Source: Eledone cirrhosa (taxonomy: Eukaryota). From it: a stretch of DNA of 64,000 bases. The stretch is taken from assembly GCA_964016885.1 (NCBI GenBank), contig OZ024754.1, forward strand, positions 3,968,001 to 4,032,000, written 5' to 3'. Below, one piece after another: positions 1-12,421 of this stretch (position 1 is the stretch's first letter; each line of letters starts with the position of its first letter). The notes beneath the pieces were generated by a model. The model was not told where the DNA came from and made no database searches. It saw only the letters and a program-made list of their open reading frames with translations. A program made the translations under genes and the position numbers.

Positions 1-622
1 CTATGACTGAATTATGTGTCATAATAATAGCAACAATGATAATAATAAAATAATATAAGTAATATTACTGACGTTGTCATAGAATCATAAACATTTTCTG
101 TCAATCGGTTGTACCTGTCCACGTCAAAAAATGTAAGGCACTAAGTTAAATATCATTCTCCTTCTTCTTCTTCTTACGCATTCTTCTTCTTCTTCTTTTC
201 CTATCTCCTTCTTCTTCTCCTCCTCCTTTTCTTCTTCCCCGATATCCAACGACAAACGAGAACTAACCAAGTATAATCAAGGCCAGGGTTCGAAGTTATA
301 TGTGATGTAATATTTCACTATTTCTCCTTGGAAATAATAATCGTCTTAGTTTTAGCCTTGTTCCCAATCCTATAGGGACGTCCATGATTGAGATGATTCT
401 AGACATCAGTTACATGTCATCGCCGGTATGTTGATCAGGTCAAATTTTTAATCGATGCCAAGATTTCAATTATGCAAAAGACCTGAATATTCTAAGATAA
501 ACCACGATCCAGGGCAGCTTGCTTCAGTAAATTTGAAAAAAAAATTAAACAAAAACTATTGACCGTTTAGCGACAACAGATACACAGAATACTGCATCAC
601 TGCATCATCACTAGCCACATAT

Positions 623-765
623 GTCAAGACCTCAGGCATTCTCGGACCCCGTACAGCAAAATCGGAACTTCGGCGGCATGTCGTTGGAAGGAACCCCGTG
701 AGGTTGAGTGGCTGTTCCAGCGGGTGTTACTGGCCATCATCCAGGGGATTGCTTTTGCGGTCTAG
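623..765 (+). mobile_element. 3' coding remnant of a CRE-like (restriction-like endonuclease) non-LTR retrotransposon, frameshifted
   Basis: Manual translation gives VKTSGILGPRTA, then after a frameshift KIGTSAACRWKEPREVEWLFQRVLLAIIQGIAFAV*. This resembles the recalled C-terminal motif VETxGxxG...FQRxSxAIxRGNA of CRE-clade ORFs. Confidence 0.6.
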
Positions 766-972
766 TCCGTGTGACGCAGCACTTCTTTCCCCCCCCCCCC
801 TTGCCCTAAGCCCAGAGCCCAATCACCCTTCCCCTTCACCCTCCCCTCTCTTCTGCGACACCAGAGCTCTTGTCATACCCTCCCTTTCTATTTCTCTTTT
901 TTTCTCTATATATCCCTATTCTTTTCTTCTTATCTTTCCTTTTTTATTATTATTGCCATTATTATAGTTGTC

Positions 973-1175
973 AGGGTCGGAGGCCATGCTTTGCAACATA
1001 GACTTACGTCCCTTTACATTCTGGAATCAAATCCCACCGAGGTTAACTTTGCCTTTCATCCTCACGGGGTCGATAAAATAAAGTACCAGTCACGCACTGT
1101 GGTCGATTTAATCGACTTTTCCTCCCCACAAATTACTAGCCTTGTGCCTACATGAGAAACCATTATTATTATTAT
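973..1175 (+). mobile_element. tRNA-derived SINE family A (Meta/MESC-like central domain), 5'-truncated
   Basis: Contains GAGGTTAACTTTGCCTTTCATCCTCACGGGGTCGATAAAATAAAGTACCAGT, shared with ~13 other copies in the window; ends in an (ATT)n tail. Confidence 0.9.
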
Positions 1176-1350
1176 TTGGCAGTATCGGTAGAGGGGCGGA
1201 TGCCATGCTTTGCAGCAAAGAGTTACGGCCCTGAGTTCAAATCCCGCCGAGGTTAACTTTGCCTTTCATTACGGGGTCGATAAAATAAAGTACCAGTAAT
1301 ACACTGGGATAATTACTGGCCTTGTACCAAAAATAGAAATAATTATTATT
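1176..1350 (+). mobile_element. SINE family A copy, head-to-tail behind the previous copy
   Basis: A-box-like TGGCAGTATCGG, B-box GAGTTCAAATCC, shared core and ATT tail. Confidence 0.9.
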
Positions 1351-1691
1351 ACTATTGTAAATATCATTTTCAAATACTTTTTTTATGCCATCTGCGAACA
1401 GCAGACTGTCTGGTAACTATATATATATGTAAGTAAAACCGTGAAAGCAGCATGTAGATAGTCGTACAAGCAGATGTATTATATATAATCGAAGATGAAA
1501 CACAAACAAGTAGTAGTAGTAGTAGTAGTAGTAATTATGATGATATTGATAATCATTATTACGAAGATATTGATAATACTAAAACATATATGTATATAAT
1601 GAAGAATATAAATCTTAAGAAAATACATCGATATTTGTGGAATTTTCAGGGGAATTGAACGTAAAGAATACGTGTGTGTACGTACGTATAT

Positions 1692-1751
<60 letters not shown>

Positions 1752-1911
1752 ATTTATATATACAATATATACATATATATATACAATATATATATATATA
1801 TATACAATATATACATATATATACAATATATACATATATATATACAAATACATACATATATATACACATATTTATAGACATATATATATATATATATATA
1901 TATATTAGACC

Positions 1912-2619
1912 AACAGATTCAAGTTTAAGCAAAGGCTTTCACGCTTAACGGGATCTTCTGAAATTAAAAAAGTCAATCTGTGAACTCAGAAGTAAATATT
2001 TCAAAAAACGGTGCAACCGAAGGAAGAAATGAAGACGATACTTTGGTTCGTATAAACGTTCCCCGGGAAAGAACAGAAAAAAACGAAGATAATACGTCAT
2101 TATTTGGTGCGGTGGAAACAATTACACGCGTATGCTTGTGTTTGTACGTATTTGGATGCGTGTATGTATATATTTAATTTCAATTACCTCTGTATTTAAT
2201 TTACTTTATTCTTATCTCTGAAGCCGACAATCATTCGGTTTCCTAAATAGAATTTTAGTCTACGACTTCAGTCATACCATTTACATCGTTTTGTCTTTGC
2301 GTGTAATTGTTTTCACCGCTCCACATAATGACGTATTATTTTCATGTTTTTCCCTTCTTTGCCAGGGAACGTTCCTACGAACCAAAGTATCGTCTTCATT
2401 TCTTCCTTTGGTTGCAACGTTTTTTTAAATATTTAGTTCTGCGTTCATTAACTTTTCTAGTTTAAGAAGATCCCGTTAAGGGTGAAAGCAGCGATTCTTT
2501 GCTTAAACTTTAATCTGTTATTTCAATAAATATTTGCTCTACGGTTCTTATATATCTGATATATATTTGTCCTTATCGAGCCCTCTTTGGATTTGAGTCT
2601 TCAAATTTATTATTATTAC
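1912..2619. mobile_element. Fold-back element family P1 (putative Penelope-like inverted pseudo-LTR): arms 1912-2129 and 2299-2519, plus a 3' extension ending in (TTA)n
   Basis: About 220-bp imperfect inverted repeat read directly. The same sequence recurs at 49041-49260 and 8171-8232. Hammerhead-like motif at 2459-2509. Confidence 0.65.
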
Positions 2620-2838
2620 TAAATATCACATATTTTTCAATCACATATTATTTTATTTGTTTGACCCGAATAACTTGGTCGTTTCTATGGCTGTGCGGAT
2701 GGCGGTTTAACCATCGTCTCAGTGTGTTTGGCCTTTAACGTATGTTGTAGCTCTGGTTCGTCAGAATTATTGAGCGCTTGCCACACATCTCGGAAGTTGT
2801 TTTTCGCTAATTCCAAAGCCGAAATACGATTCTCGCTA

Positions 2839-2914
<76 letters not shown>

Positions 2915-3256
2915 GAGATATATATAATGTTTACATATAAATATATAAATTTATTCTAAAATACACATACAAACATATACCTTCCACCCTCACACACATA
3001 TATATATATATATATGTTTGTGTGTCGAAATATGTGTATGCATGTATATATATTTTATTTTGAAAACAAATTTTTAAAATTTTTTCCAACCGTAACCCTA
3101 GCAACAAATCATCACATTGGTTTTGCCCTATTCCTATGTAAGCAATCAGTCACAGTCACAACGATATAAGTCCATAAATGAATACAGAAAAATATCAATA
3201 TAATTCAACAAATACATACTAAGTACTCATTTGTCACATGTACTAACAAAACTATA

Positions 3257-3443
<187 letters not shown>

Positions 3444-3707
3444 AACTATGTATATATATGTATATACATATATATATATATGTATATATATATACATATA
3501 TATATAACTATATATATATACATATATATATATATATGTGTGTGTGTGTGTTTATATAAATATATATATATATATATATATAAATGAAGACACATACACA
3601 CACATAAACACACTTTATATATATATATACCTACATACATACATATATATAGAGAGAGAGAGAGAGAAAGGGAAAGCTCCTGACCACGACGCCTAGCGGC
3701 TTCAACT

Positions 3708-3750
<43 letters not shown>

Positions 3751-4130
3751 GTGCGTGTGTGTCCGAACACATATAGTATGTATTCGTATACAGACTGGTG
3801 CATGTATGAACATATCTATATATCTAAGCAATGAATCTGTATATATATATGGTTTTCAGATAGATAGAGAGATAGAATGGTATATATATATATATATATA
3901 TATCTTTCTATCTCTCTATCTATCTGAAAACCATACAGTGCCATGCAATTATGCCTAATACTCTAGTTATAACATTAAAGTTTACCATTCTTGAATGGGA
4001 GCATGTTTATCTGTGTATAGAAACCAGGTTACTCTCACAGAATACAACTTTCATCTATATCTCTCTCTCTCTCCACACTCTCACACACAGACACACACAC
4101 ACATACTTACATATATGTTTGTGTATATGG

Positions 4131-4187
<57 letters not shown>

Positions 4188-4291
4188 ATACCATGAGGGG
4201 AGAAAGGTTACTCTCACATATATAAAGGTATATATATATATGTATGGATCTAGCTATTTCATTCTCTCTCACACATACGCACACACACACA

Positions 4292-4406
<115 letters not shown>

Positions 4407-5360
4407 TATGTGTCTATTTTATGTGGTTGTTTGTTGTATGGCAGTGCCAGGACGCCAAGTGATCTGATGATTTTTACGTCCATGTTGACCTTTTATTATA
4501 GCGCTCTGTTTGATTGATTGTTTGATTGACCTGTTTAGGTCAGTAGAGAATCTCAGAGATGTGCCACGTGACTTGTTTTTTCTTGATTTTTTTTTGTCAT
4601 CATTATTATTATTGGTAATGTGTTCATTTCTCTTTTTGTTTTAGTTTATTCTTGTTTTTTTTTCTTACTTTACAATAACATAAATTTAACGTAACTCGTC
4701 TTATATATATTTACAGAAGTTTATTTCACGTTCTATGAAGATTGTTGCATGGATGTTTTTTATATGAATACGCTACCATGACAGTATATTATACTTAACG
4801 TTCGTCATTGCAATGCTATATACTTCCTTAAGTTTTGCTTCTTTAATGCGACTAGAATTCATTTTTTAACTATAATATAGTTGAATATAATCGAGAATAT
4901 ATCCCATTGGCAAGAACAAAATGCAGAATCTCGTCTGGGGTGTCTGACCAAGCCAGAAGCGTATAAACATCTCGACCGGCTAAATTCCATTCTGTTTTAC
5001 TCTATTATAGTTAAATGCATTTATGTAGACTATGCAAACACCAAAATATACCATTAAAGTTCAACCTTACACAACATTAGTTAAAACTTTTATTGTAGCG
5101 TTTCTTAACTTTTGTAATTGCTCAAATGTCTATAGTCAAACATTTTGTTACATTGCCCTTTGTAATTCCACTGTTAATATGGTAAAATAACACTACCTGG
5201 TAGATTATATCCTACTGTGAAACCAAAACTAATTTCATCAAAACAAAATAAAACATTTCATGACAAAAACAATAATAACCTCTTTAACAGAGATTGTTGT
5301 GCATAAGCATGAATTCCCCACAACTACATTCAAGTATTTTGTTCATGGACACTACTGATT

Positions 5361-5399
<39 letters not shown>

Positions 5400-5437
5400 C
5401 ACTACTACTGCTTCTGCTGCTGCTGCTGTTACTACTA
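5361..5437. repeat. (CTA)n/(CTG)n trinucleotide microsatellite
   Basis: Direct reading. Confidence 0.95.
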
Positions 5438-6538
5438 ACAAAAACAAAAACAACAGTAGCAGCAGCGAAAATAATAATATTAGTCAGGACAAATGACGAA
5501 TCATGTTGGCATGATTCGTCATTTGTCAACTGGATTCACTAAGCTTGTTTTCCGTTCTCTCTCCTTACACTCTTGCACTAGCAGTCGTTCTCATCAATAA
5601 CGGCTTTATTATACTAATTGAACCATCCTTTATACGAATTCAACTGACCATACTCGAATTCTTGACCTCTTAGTACCAAGCCTGACACTGCCATGTTCTC
5701 TCCGAAATAATTAAATTATTCATGCTGACTTTAATGAGCCGAAATTTCCCCGATTACCGTCGTTGTTCATTATACAAGTCGTGGAGATAGAAAGCAATGT
5801 TGACCTCTTTCTCCAATAACCTTCGTCATTTAATCACAACTGAAAACATTATTATTTTTTATTTTATATATTCTGACACGCTCCACTTATAAATTGACTT
5901 CTTAAATACCACTGCAATCTACTTCCCGTCTCTCCACACTATAAAACATAGGATGTCCGGTCGTTCGTCGCCAGTAATATTTCATTCTAGGACTAGTTGT
6001 CCAAGTACACTCTTCTGTTACTATATAACCTTGTAAAAATCTTAGGAAAATGAATGTTGTTTATAAAATGGCTGACTACCACACAGCAGGCGTCTTCAGC
6101 TATTTTTCTATATTTGTTACCATAGGAAGTTCATGGGATCTCACCATAATTTCTACTGAATCTATTGTAAAGGTACATTTTCTGGTGAATAGTTTTGAAG
6201 GTCGTAGCAGTGAACTTACCAGTCAGGAATTAACAGCAAAAGAGCAGTGAACCGCTGTATGCATGGGTTACTTATTCTATATAACCTATGTATATTTTAG
6301 AAATAAATGTATCGAGTTTTCGAAGTGGGTGGAAATACTAGAAGATTTCGGGATTTGATCCCAAGAAATTTTCAGAAAATTATACCCTGATAATTATTTA
6401 CAGATTTATTTAAACGATCAAATTTTGAAACTAAACACTGATCTAGTTGTGTGAAAAAAGACACATAACATTTCTTCTAAACCTGACATCTGTATAGATT
6501 CATCAAAATCATGTCATATGGATATATATATATGTAAT

Positions 6539-6645
6539 GAAGGAGTTGTGGTAAGGAACCAGATGGACCATAACGCACCGTAGTACTCAATACTTAGGGT
6601 AGTCGAAACGGCTTGAGCTCTGAGGTCGGGTCATATGTTTTCCTA
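6539..6645. mobile_element. Short interspersed element family P2, internally deleted copy
   Basis: Near-identical to 55520-55584 joined to 55670-55710; flanked by TA runs. Confidence 0.75.
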
Positions 6646-7174
6646 TATATATATATATATTTAAATGTAAACAGACAAATACCACTTATAGGAAACTCAA
6701 CAACGATAGACCGAGTTTAACCATGTTTAATGAAAGCCGAAAGGAAATCGACTCCAGTCAATCCCGACGAAATCATATTGAATATATATCGATTTTGAAC
6801 TAATTTCCAGAGTCCAAATATCCCTGATATAATAGCTATACAGTCAATTATTCTTTGTATGTCTAGATGCAGAGAAAATGTGCTGATTGTACATGAATAT
6901 ATAACTGGATACAATGATTTCGATAATTCGTAACTTTGAACAAAGCTGATTGGAGTCCGTCCCAGAAACCCTACTTTGTCTTGCAATGAACCTACAATTC
7001 CATATTGTAACAAATTGTTTTTCGAGGAAATAGAAACAAGGATGTTTTTAGAGTTTCCTCCACGACATGTAGTTCGGATTAACTGATAATACCGACATTT
7101 TATATATTCTATCCATACATGGGCCCTACATTTCAAATGAAGTTCAAAGTTGTGGTGTATGTCTACATATACTT

Positions 7175-7233
7175 GAACTCGAAACTACATGGTTTTGAAG
7201 CGACATCCTTAACTATACAGCCATACCTGCACT
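7175..7233 (-). mobile_element. Decayed tRNA-derived SINE 5' head
   Basis: Reverse complement GTGCAGGTATGGCTGTATAGTTAAG...CGAGTTCAAGT has A/B-box-like spacing and resembles 9445-9550. Confidence 0.45.
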
Positions 7234-7440
7234 TAAAACTTGTTAAAATATACTCCTTTTATGGTGCATATCTTTCATGAAAAAATAATTACTCAGAAAA
7301 CTACTATGTTGATTTAGTGACTCCCAGTACCGATGCCAGTGAACGTTGCTTAAATGATATTTATCAGAATATTCGTGTTATCTGTTCAATCACCAGAATC
7401 TATCTTTGTTAGTTTATATAGCAATTTTTCATATTCTCTC

Positions 7441-7486
<46 letters not shown>

Positions 7487-7491
7487 AATAA

Positions 7492-7579
<88 letters not shown>

Positions 7580-8125
7580 ATTTATTTATTTATATATATA
7601 TATAATGAATAATTTCATCCTAAATGTTGTTTATGCTGTTACCTAACTGAGGTTTATGAAGATATGTATCGCTTATTTCTACTTAAACAAAAATATACAA
7701 ATGGGCGTCTTCTCTAACTTTGCAAAAAGGAATGTTACATAAATTATATTTCGATATACCAGAGAAAATAGATATATGAATATATACCTATGGTTATTAA
7801 CTTTGCATGGTAGCATGGCCAACTCGTTTAAATGTCGATCTTTAAATGAAACGATTCTGTGTTCCATCTTATTGTAAGTCATTTTGTCAATCGGAAGCCT
7901 AATTACTTAGTTTAATAAAATGTATTTGTACGCTGAATCCATTTCTAGCCGTTGCATAAATTGCAATGCATGTCATTATTCTTAAATATCTTCACGTCTA
8001 TCCATATCAATATCTGAAATTTAATAAAGTGAAACTGGTCAGAGCTCTGACTAAAAGACTCTCCCTGTACTTCTAATTATTTTATTTCATGTTCAGCATA
8101 CAGGGAAATTATTTTAGAATATAAA

Positions 8126-8170
<45 letters not shown>

Positions 8171-8174
<4 letters not shown>

Positions 8175-8226
8175 TTGAAGACTAAAATCCAAAGAGGGCT
8201 CGATGAGGATTCAATCTGTTATTTTA

Positions 8227-8232
<6 letters not shown>
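8171..8232. mobile_element. Family P1 fragment: inverted 3' end fused to a forward internal piece
   Basis: AAATTTGAAGACTAAAATCCAAAGAGGGCTCGATGAGG is the near reverse complement of 2571-2608. It is followed by AATCTGTTATTTTAATAAATA (forward match to 2512-2532) and preceded by (TAA)n. Confidence 0.75.
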
Positions 8233-8292
<60 letters not shown>

Positions 8293-8513
8293 TTTTCCAT
8301 TTCTCCGAGGGTTCTTAACCCCACTATCAGGGTAAATAATTTCTTGAATTTCTTTAGTCAAAATACGGCGATAGCTAACATTTCTAATAATTTCAAATCC
8401 ACTCGCTGTTTCGAAAATATTCTTACTTGACATTAGAGTCGCTAAGTTTATAGCTTCTAATTTGAATGGGAAAAGGCGGGTGATGTGTTGGTGTAAATGG
8501 TAGCACAGTGGTC

Positions 8514-8582
<69 letters not shown>

Positions 8583-9045
8583 GTCGAATGGTCACTTATG
8601 TTTATTCAAATTAAGTCTTCCAAATATTCTCAGCCAGGTAATGTTCTGTTGTAAATACCTTGCTGTGTTTACCGAGCCCTCTGGGTTCGGTTTTGCAATC
8701 CTACTCATGTTAACTTTGCCTTTTATCGTATAATGGTCGATGAATAAAATATGAATTAAGAACTGTAGTTAGCCTGAACTATTGGAGTATCGGATGAGAT
8801 AACTTTTGGTATTGGTTTCTGGTCTTTGAATTCTGAATTAATATCCAGCCTAGGTCCAAATGATCAACAATAATCATCGATACAATGAATGTTCTACACA
8901 ATACGTAATTGACAAACAAAAACCTGTAAGTGGCACAAATAAGTTGGCATTGACAGTCTGAGAATTTATGCAACACTGAATCCAACACCATGGAAATAAA
9001 TCTAGTGCCATTAGATCGAGGAATTAAATGATTTCAATCATTTGT

Positions 9046-9133
<88 letters not shown>

Positions 9134-9444
9134 GTGATCTGAGTTCATATTAAACCGATGGCAGCTTGCTTCATTACGATAATAAATTAGACTACATCAT
9201 ATATAGGATAGTGGGTTGGCAGCTTCATAATGCCGAGCTCAACGATGGTATTCATCATTTTTGGATGGTGAGAATACTGGTCAATTTCTGTCGCTGCTTT
9301 TCCATCACTGCTGTTATCCTTTTCTTTATCTCTTTCTCTTCCAAACCAAGCGAGGATTAATTCTACTACTCTTGAAGTATCAAATCTGTTAGACGAATTT
9401 CAACAAAGTTTAAATCAAAACTCTGAGTTAACTTGAGTTAACTT

Positions 9445-9550
9445 GTGGCTATAGTATAACATACCTGCGAAATTTGACGGGTAGCGGGATTGAACCAGTA
9501 ACCAGATGATTGAGCAAAAAACGTTTTAATCAAAAGGTCATATCTTCGCC
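9445..9550 (-). mobile_element. Decayed CORE-type SINE 5' part
   Basis: Reverse complement has a B-box-like GGTTCAATCCC followed by a degenerate CORE-like segment ending TACTATAGCC. Confidence 0.45.
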
Positions 9551-10243
9551 TCCAATTTCTTCAGCCAATCACTAATCATTAGAAAACACATATTATACAT
9601 GTTTATATAATATTAATTCTATCTCTGTCTTTCTTTATCCCTCTCGTTTTCTTGCATGCTCACAACCACCCCTATATTTCTTTCATTCTCTATATCCTTC
9701 TTCCATATCCAATACCCAATACCCCAAAACGACCTGGACTATACAACAAATAGCTGAAAAAACTATAATTAGATTTCTTCAAATTTTCTTCTTTATTTTT
9801 ATTACATTTCTCCCTTCCGACTTAAATCTTTTCTTCTTTCCTGTACTTTGTCTTTAGCTTCAGATCATCTTTCTTTGGAACATTACAACGACAACTCACC
9901 CTCGTTCGTCGTATTGTCTCTGTTGCGACACCATCGCCAACTTATCCACCTTTGTCTACTCATTCTGCCCCATGGTCCAATCATAATAGTGATTTATTGA
10001 CAATGTCTTCACTGTTATATTCAGATCATTAATAAGGCAAATGTTTGTCTCATGTGTGTATATATATATATATATGTACGAGAGTATATATATATATAAT
10101 ATATATATATGTATGTGTGTGTGTATATATATCTATGTATATATGTATGTGTCTGTGTATATATATCTATGTATATATGTATACATATATATATGTGTGT
10201 GTACATATATCTATATATATCTTTCTTTCTCTCTCTCTCCCCC

Positions 10244-10326
<83 letters not shown>

Positions 10327-10903
10327 CCAGAAATGAAGGGAAAGCAATGAATCATTTCCACATCTCGTAGATGTAGGTGTCAGATGACAGAATAGTCTAG
10401 AATGGTTAATGTTTAATTAAAACTTCCAGATATCTATCCATACTCATAACCATTCATCCATCCGTACTTAATTACACATAAATATATACACACACATATA
10501 TATTTATATATATATACGTGTAAATGTAAGTGTGTTTCTGTGTGCGCACACATATATATATGTGTGTGTGTGTGTATTATGATAATGTATGATATATACA
10601 ATAAACCATTCATATATTCATTTGTTTGTTTATTTATACACGCACATATTTATATATACACAAGGCACTTACGTATACACAGCATATATGAACCCGTAAC
10701 ATCCTGAATTACATAGTGGCGAGAATATAAGCGAAAGTATAAGACGAACAGAACAAACGGGTATTATTTACATTAAATGGTCGGGTAGATGTTTGGTTAA
10801 CGGAAGTGTCCTCAGTAGTTCTCACTGTTTGGCTCTCACAACATATAATATATATTATATATATATACATACACACATACATATATATATATACACTCAC
10901 ATC

Positions 10904-11051
<148 letters not shown>

Positions 11052-11137
11052 CACACATACACATACATATATATATATACACTCACATCCATACATATAT
11101 ATATATATATATACAGACATACACACACACCCACACC

Positions 11138-11220
<83 letters not shown>

Positions 11221-11532
11221 ATATATACTTATATATGTGTATATATATATATATATATTATGTGTTTCTGAGTGTGTGAACAAATACATATGCGGGTACG
11301 TGTGTCTGATAGGAAAGAAACGAAGTCAGGGCGAAGAGGGAGACTGCTTAAATGAATTTTCTGAATAATAACAGGAAACTTAACAAACTAACATATTTAT
11401 ATAATAAAACAGAAAACGGACATAAAAGCAACGATGAGATGCATAAACACATATATAAACATACATATATATAAACATATATACAAACATATATATGAAC
11501 ATATATATAACCATATATATATATATATTTAC

Positions 11533-11636
<104 letters not shown>

Positions 11637-11767
11637 GTTAGGACGGGGAAGACGGATAAACTTGAATGAATTAAACAATGTTGAGATGACGGGCCGGTGT
11701 GTTGTTGGTGTTGTAGTGGAAGTGGGAGACGGAGAGGGAGGTAGGGCTCTAAATAAAATGAAGAGTA

Positions 11768-12176
11768 TGGTGGCGGTGGTGGTGGTGTTAATGGAGGTGG
11801 TGGTTGAAGTGGTGTTAATGGTGGTGGTGGTGGTGGTGGTGGTGGTGGTGGTGGTGGAAATGGTTTTAATGGTGGTGGTGGTGGTGGTGGTGATGAAGGT
11901 GGTGGTGGTGGTGATGGTGGTGGTGGTGTGGTGATGGAGGTGGTGGTGGTGATGGTGGTGGTGGTGTGGTGGTGGTGGTGGTGAAGCAGAGGAGAGTTGT
12001 ATGAAGGTAAAAAGAAGAAATAAGGAAGATCAGATAGAGAGAATGTGAAGAACGAGAAGAAGAAGAAGAAGAAGAAGAAGAAGAAGAAGAAGAAGAAGAA
12101 GAAGAAGAAGAAGAAGAAGAAGAAGAAGAAGACGACGATGGTGATGAAGACAGTGTTCATGATGATGATGATGATT
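11768..12176. repeat. Compound (GGT)n, (GAA)n and (GAT)n microsatellites
   Basis: Direct reading. Confidence 0.95.
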
Positions 12177-12421
12177 TGAAATTTATAGAGACGGTGTTTA
12201 TTAGGTGACGGAAGGTGTGGTGTGTGGGGAGGGGGGATTGGATGTCGAATCTGAAGAAGGCGCCGTTAGAGACGGTGGGGAAGGTGTTTGTATATGGCAG
12301 GGTGGTGGGGAGGAGGGGGAGGTCTTTGGAAACGGTTTGTGGGGGTAAAGGGAGGTTACTCGGGACACTGTTTGTTTGGACCGTTTGGACAACAAATATA
12401 AAGATCGGGTGTAGAAGGGAC

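Noticed and set aside
6717-7136. 139-aa non-repetitive ORF
   Set aside because: No recognisable motif, non-ATG start and no convincing splice signals; compatible with chance. BLASTX would settle it.
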